DNA of 64,000 nt from Camelus dromedarius (taxonomy: Eukaryota): the NCBI RefSeq assembly GCF_036321535.1, contig NC_087437.1, positions 85,066,001 through 85,130,000 of the forward strand, read 5' to 3'. Shown here piece by piece: positions 63,199 to 64,000 of the stretch (its first letter is position 1; every line of letters begins with the position of its first letter). A program made the position numbers and the translations under genes. Below the pieces are notes generated by a model. It did not search any database, had not been told where the DNA came from, and worked only from the letters and a program-made list of their open reading frames with translations.

Positions 63199-63274
63199 TT
63201 CATATTCACTTCTCACCTAGTGATAGAAATGATTACTTCATATTCACTTTTCACCTAGTGATAGAAATGATTAC
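63199..63274. repeat. 38-bp tandem duplication (2 copies, 1 mismatch)
   Basis: ttcatattcactt(c/t)tcacctagtgatagaaatgattac at 63199-63236 and 63237-63274. Confidence 0.95.
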
Positions 63275-64000
63275 TACATATACTTGACACATTAGAACAG
63301 TGGGAATTAGAGAGGTATAAGGTGAAATTCTGAGAAATTCTGATGTTGGGCTGTATTGTTTACACAATGAAAGAGTTTGATATGGAAAGCCTGTATATTC
63401 TGAATGTAAGAAGTCATCACTTTGGTTATGTTGCTTTCTGGTTATTTGTTTCTGCAAGTGATTATTTGTTAATTGTTATTTTAAATTACTATTAATTGAA
63501 TTTACATATCAATAATTGTTCTAATATGAATTTGAAGGAGTCGATTCTGAAAATAATATTCCCTGTGAATTAGGGTAATATAATACTGTAATTAATAAAA
63601 ATATTTTATTTTAAGAGAGTGAATCTGACCCTTTACAGATTCAAATTTTAAGAACTGGCAATTAAGATAAACTACCACTAGTTGACAGCAGTATCTTAGC
63701 TTTGGCTCTATTATTACCTCGTTCATTTTAAGCATTAGGCATAATTTATTTATAGTTGAGATATTTTCATATAATTAAAAATTAAAGTGATATATAGAGC
63801 AATTATAGATAAAAAGTGTCAAAGTACATTTTATTAATTTTTTCTACTACCTTAAATGATTCCTTGTTTTAATCAAGTTTTACTTGTTTACTAAACAAAT
63901 CCTCAGTTGATCTTGGCGTAATTAGATTAAGGACCAAGGACACCCCACCTCTCCTGACTTGGAGACCTGAGCTCTAGTGAAGCACTGCTGCGACTTCACA

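Noticed and set aside
63199..63274. 38-bp repeat as a CRISPR-like array
   Set aside because: Only two abutting copies, no spacers, no cas genes, mammalian context.

Overview
AT-rich, CpG-depleted mammalian intergenic or intronic DNA; no intact protein-coding gene, RNA gene or CRISPR-like array could be supported. The window is mostly a layered record of retroelements. It holds four young LINE-1 copies (two with twin-priming 5' inversions), a processed RPS8 pseudogene (minus strand, about 12.03-12.70 kb), a decayed ERV-L pol/dUTPase remnant split by a nested solo LTR, and three solo ERV1-type LTRs at 45.6-48.0 kb, two of which form a roughly 490-bp inverted pair. There are also MaLR LTRs, older L1/L2/MIR fragments, a MER20-like element and microsatellites. 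The L1 3' UTR style and the lack of any Alu, B1/B2, Bov-A, PRE-1 or CHR SINE that I could recognise suggest a camelid-like artiodactyl (inference only). Non-repeat candidates are an E-box cluster at 42.73 kb, a CpG-retaining patch at 43.7-44.0 kb and a 43-aa hydrophobic smORF at 22.8 kb. I found no convincing previously undescribed system. Family names are assigned by eye from remembered consensus sequences and need RepeatMasker/Dfam confirmation.
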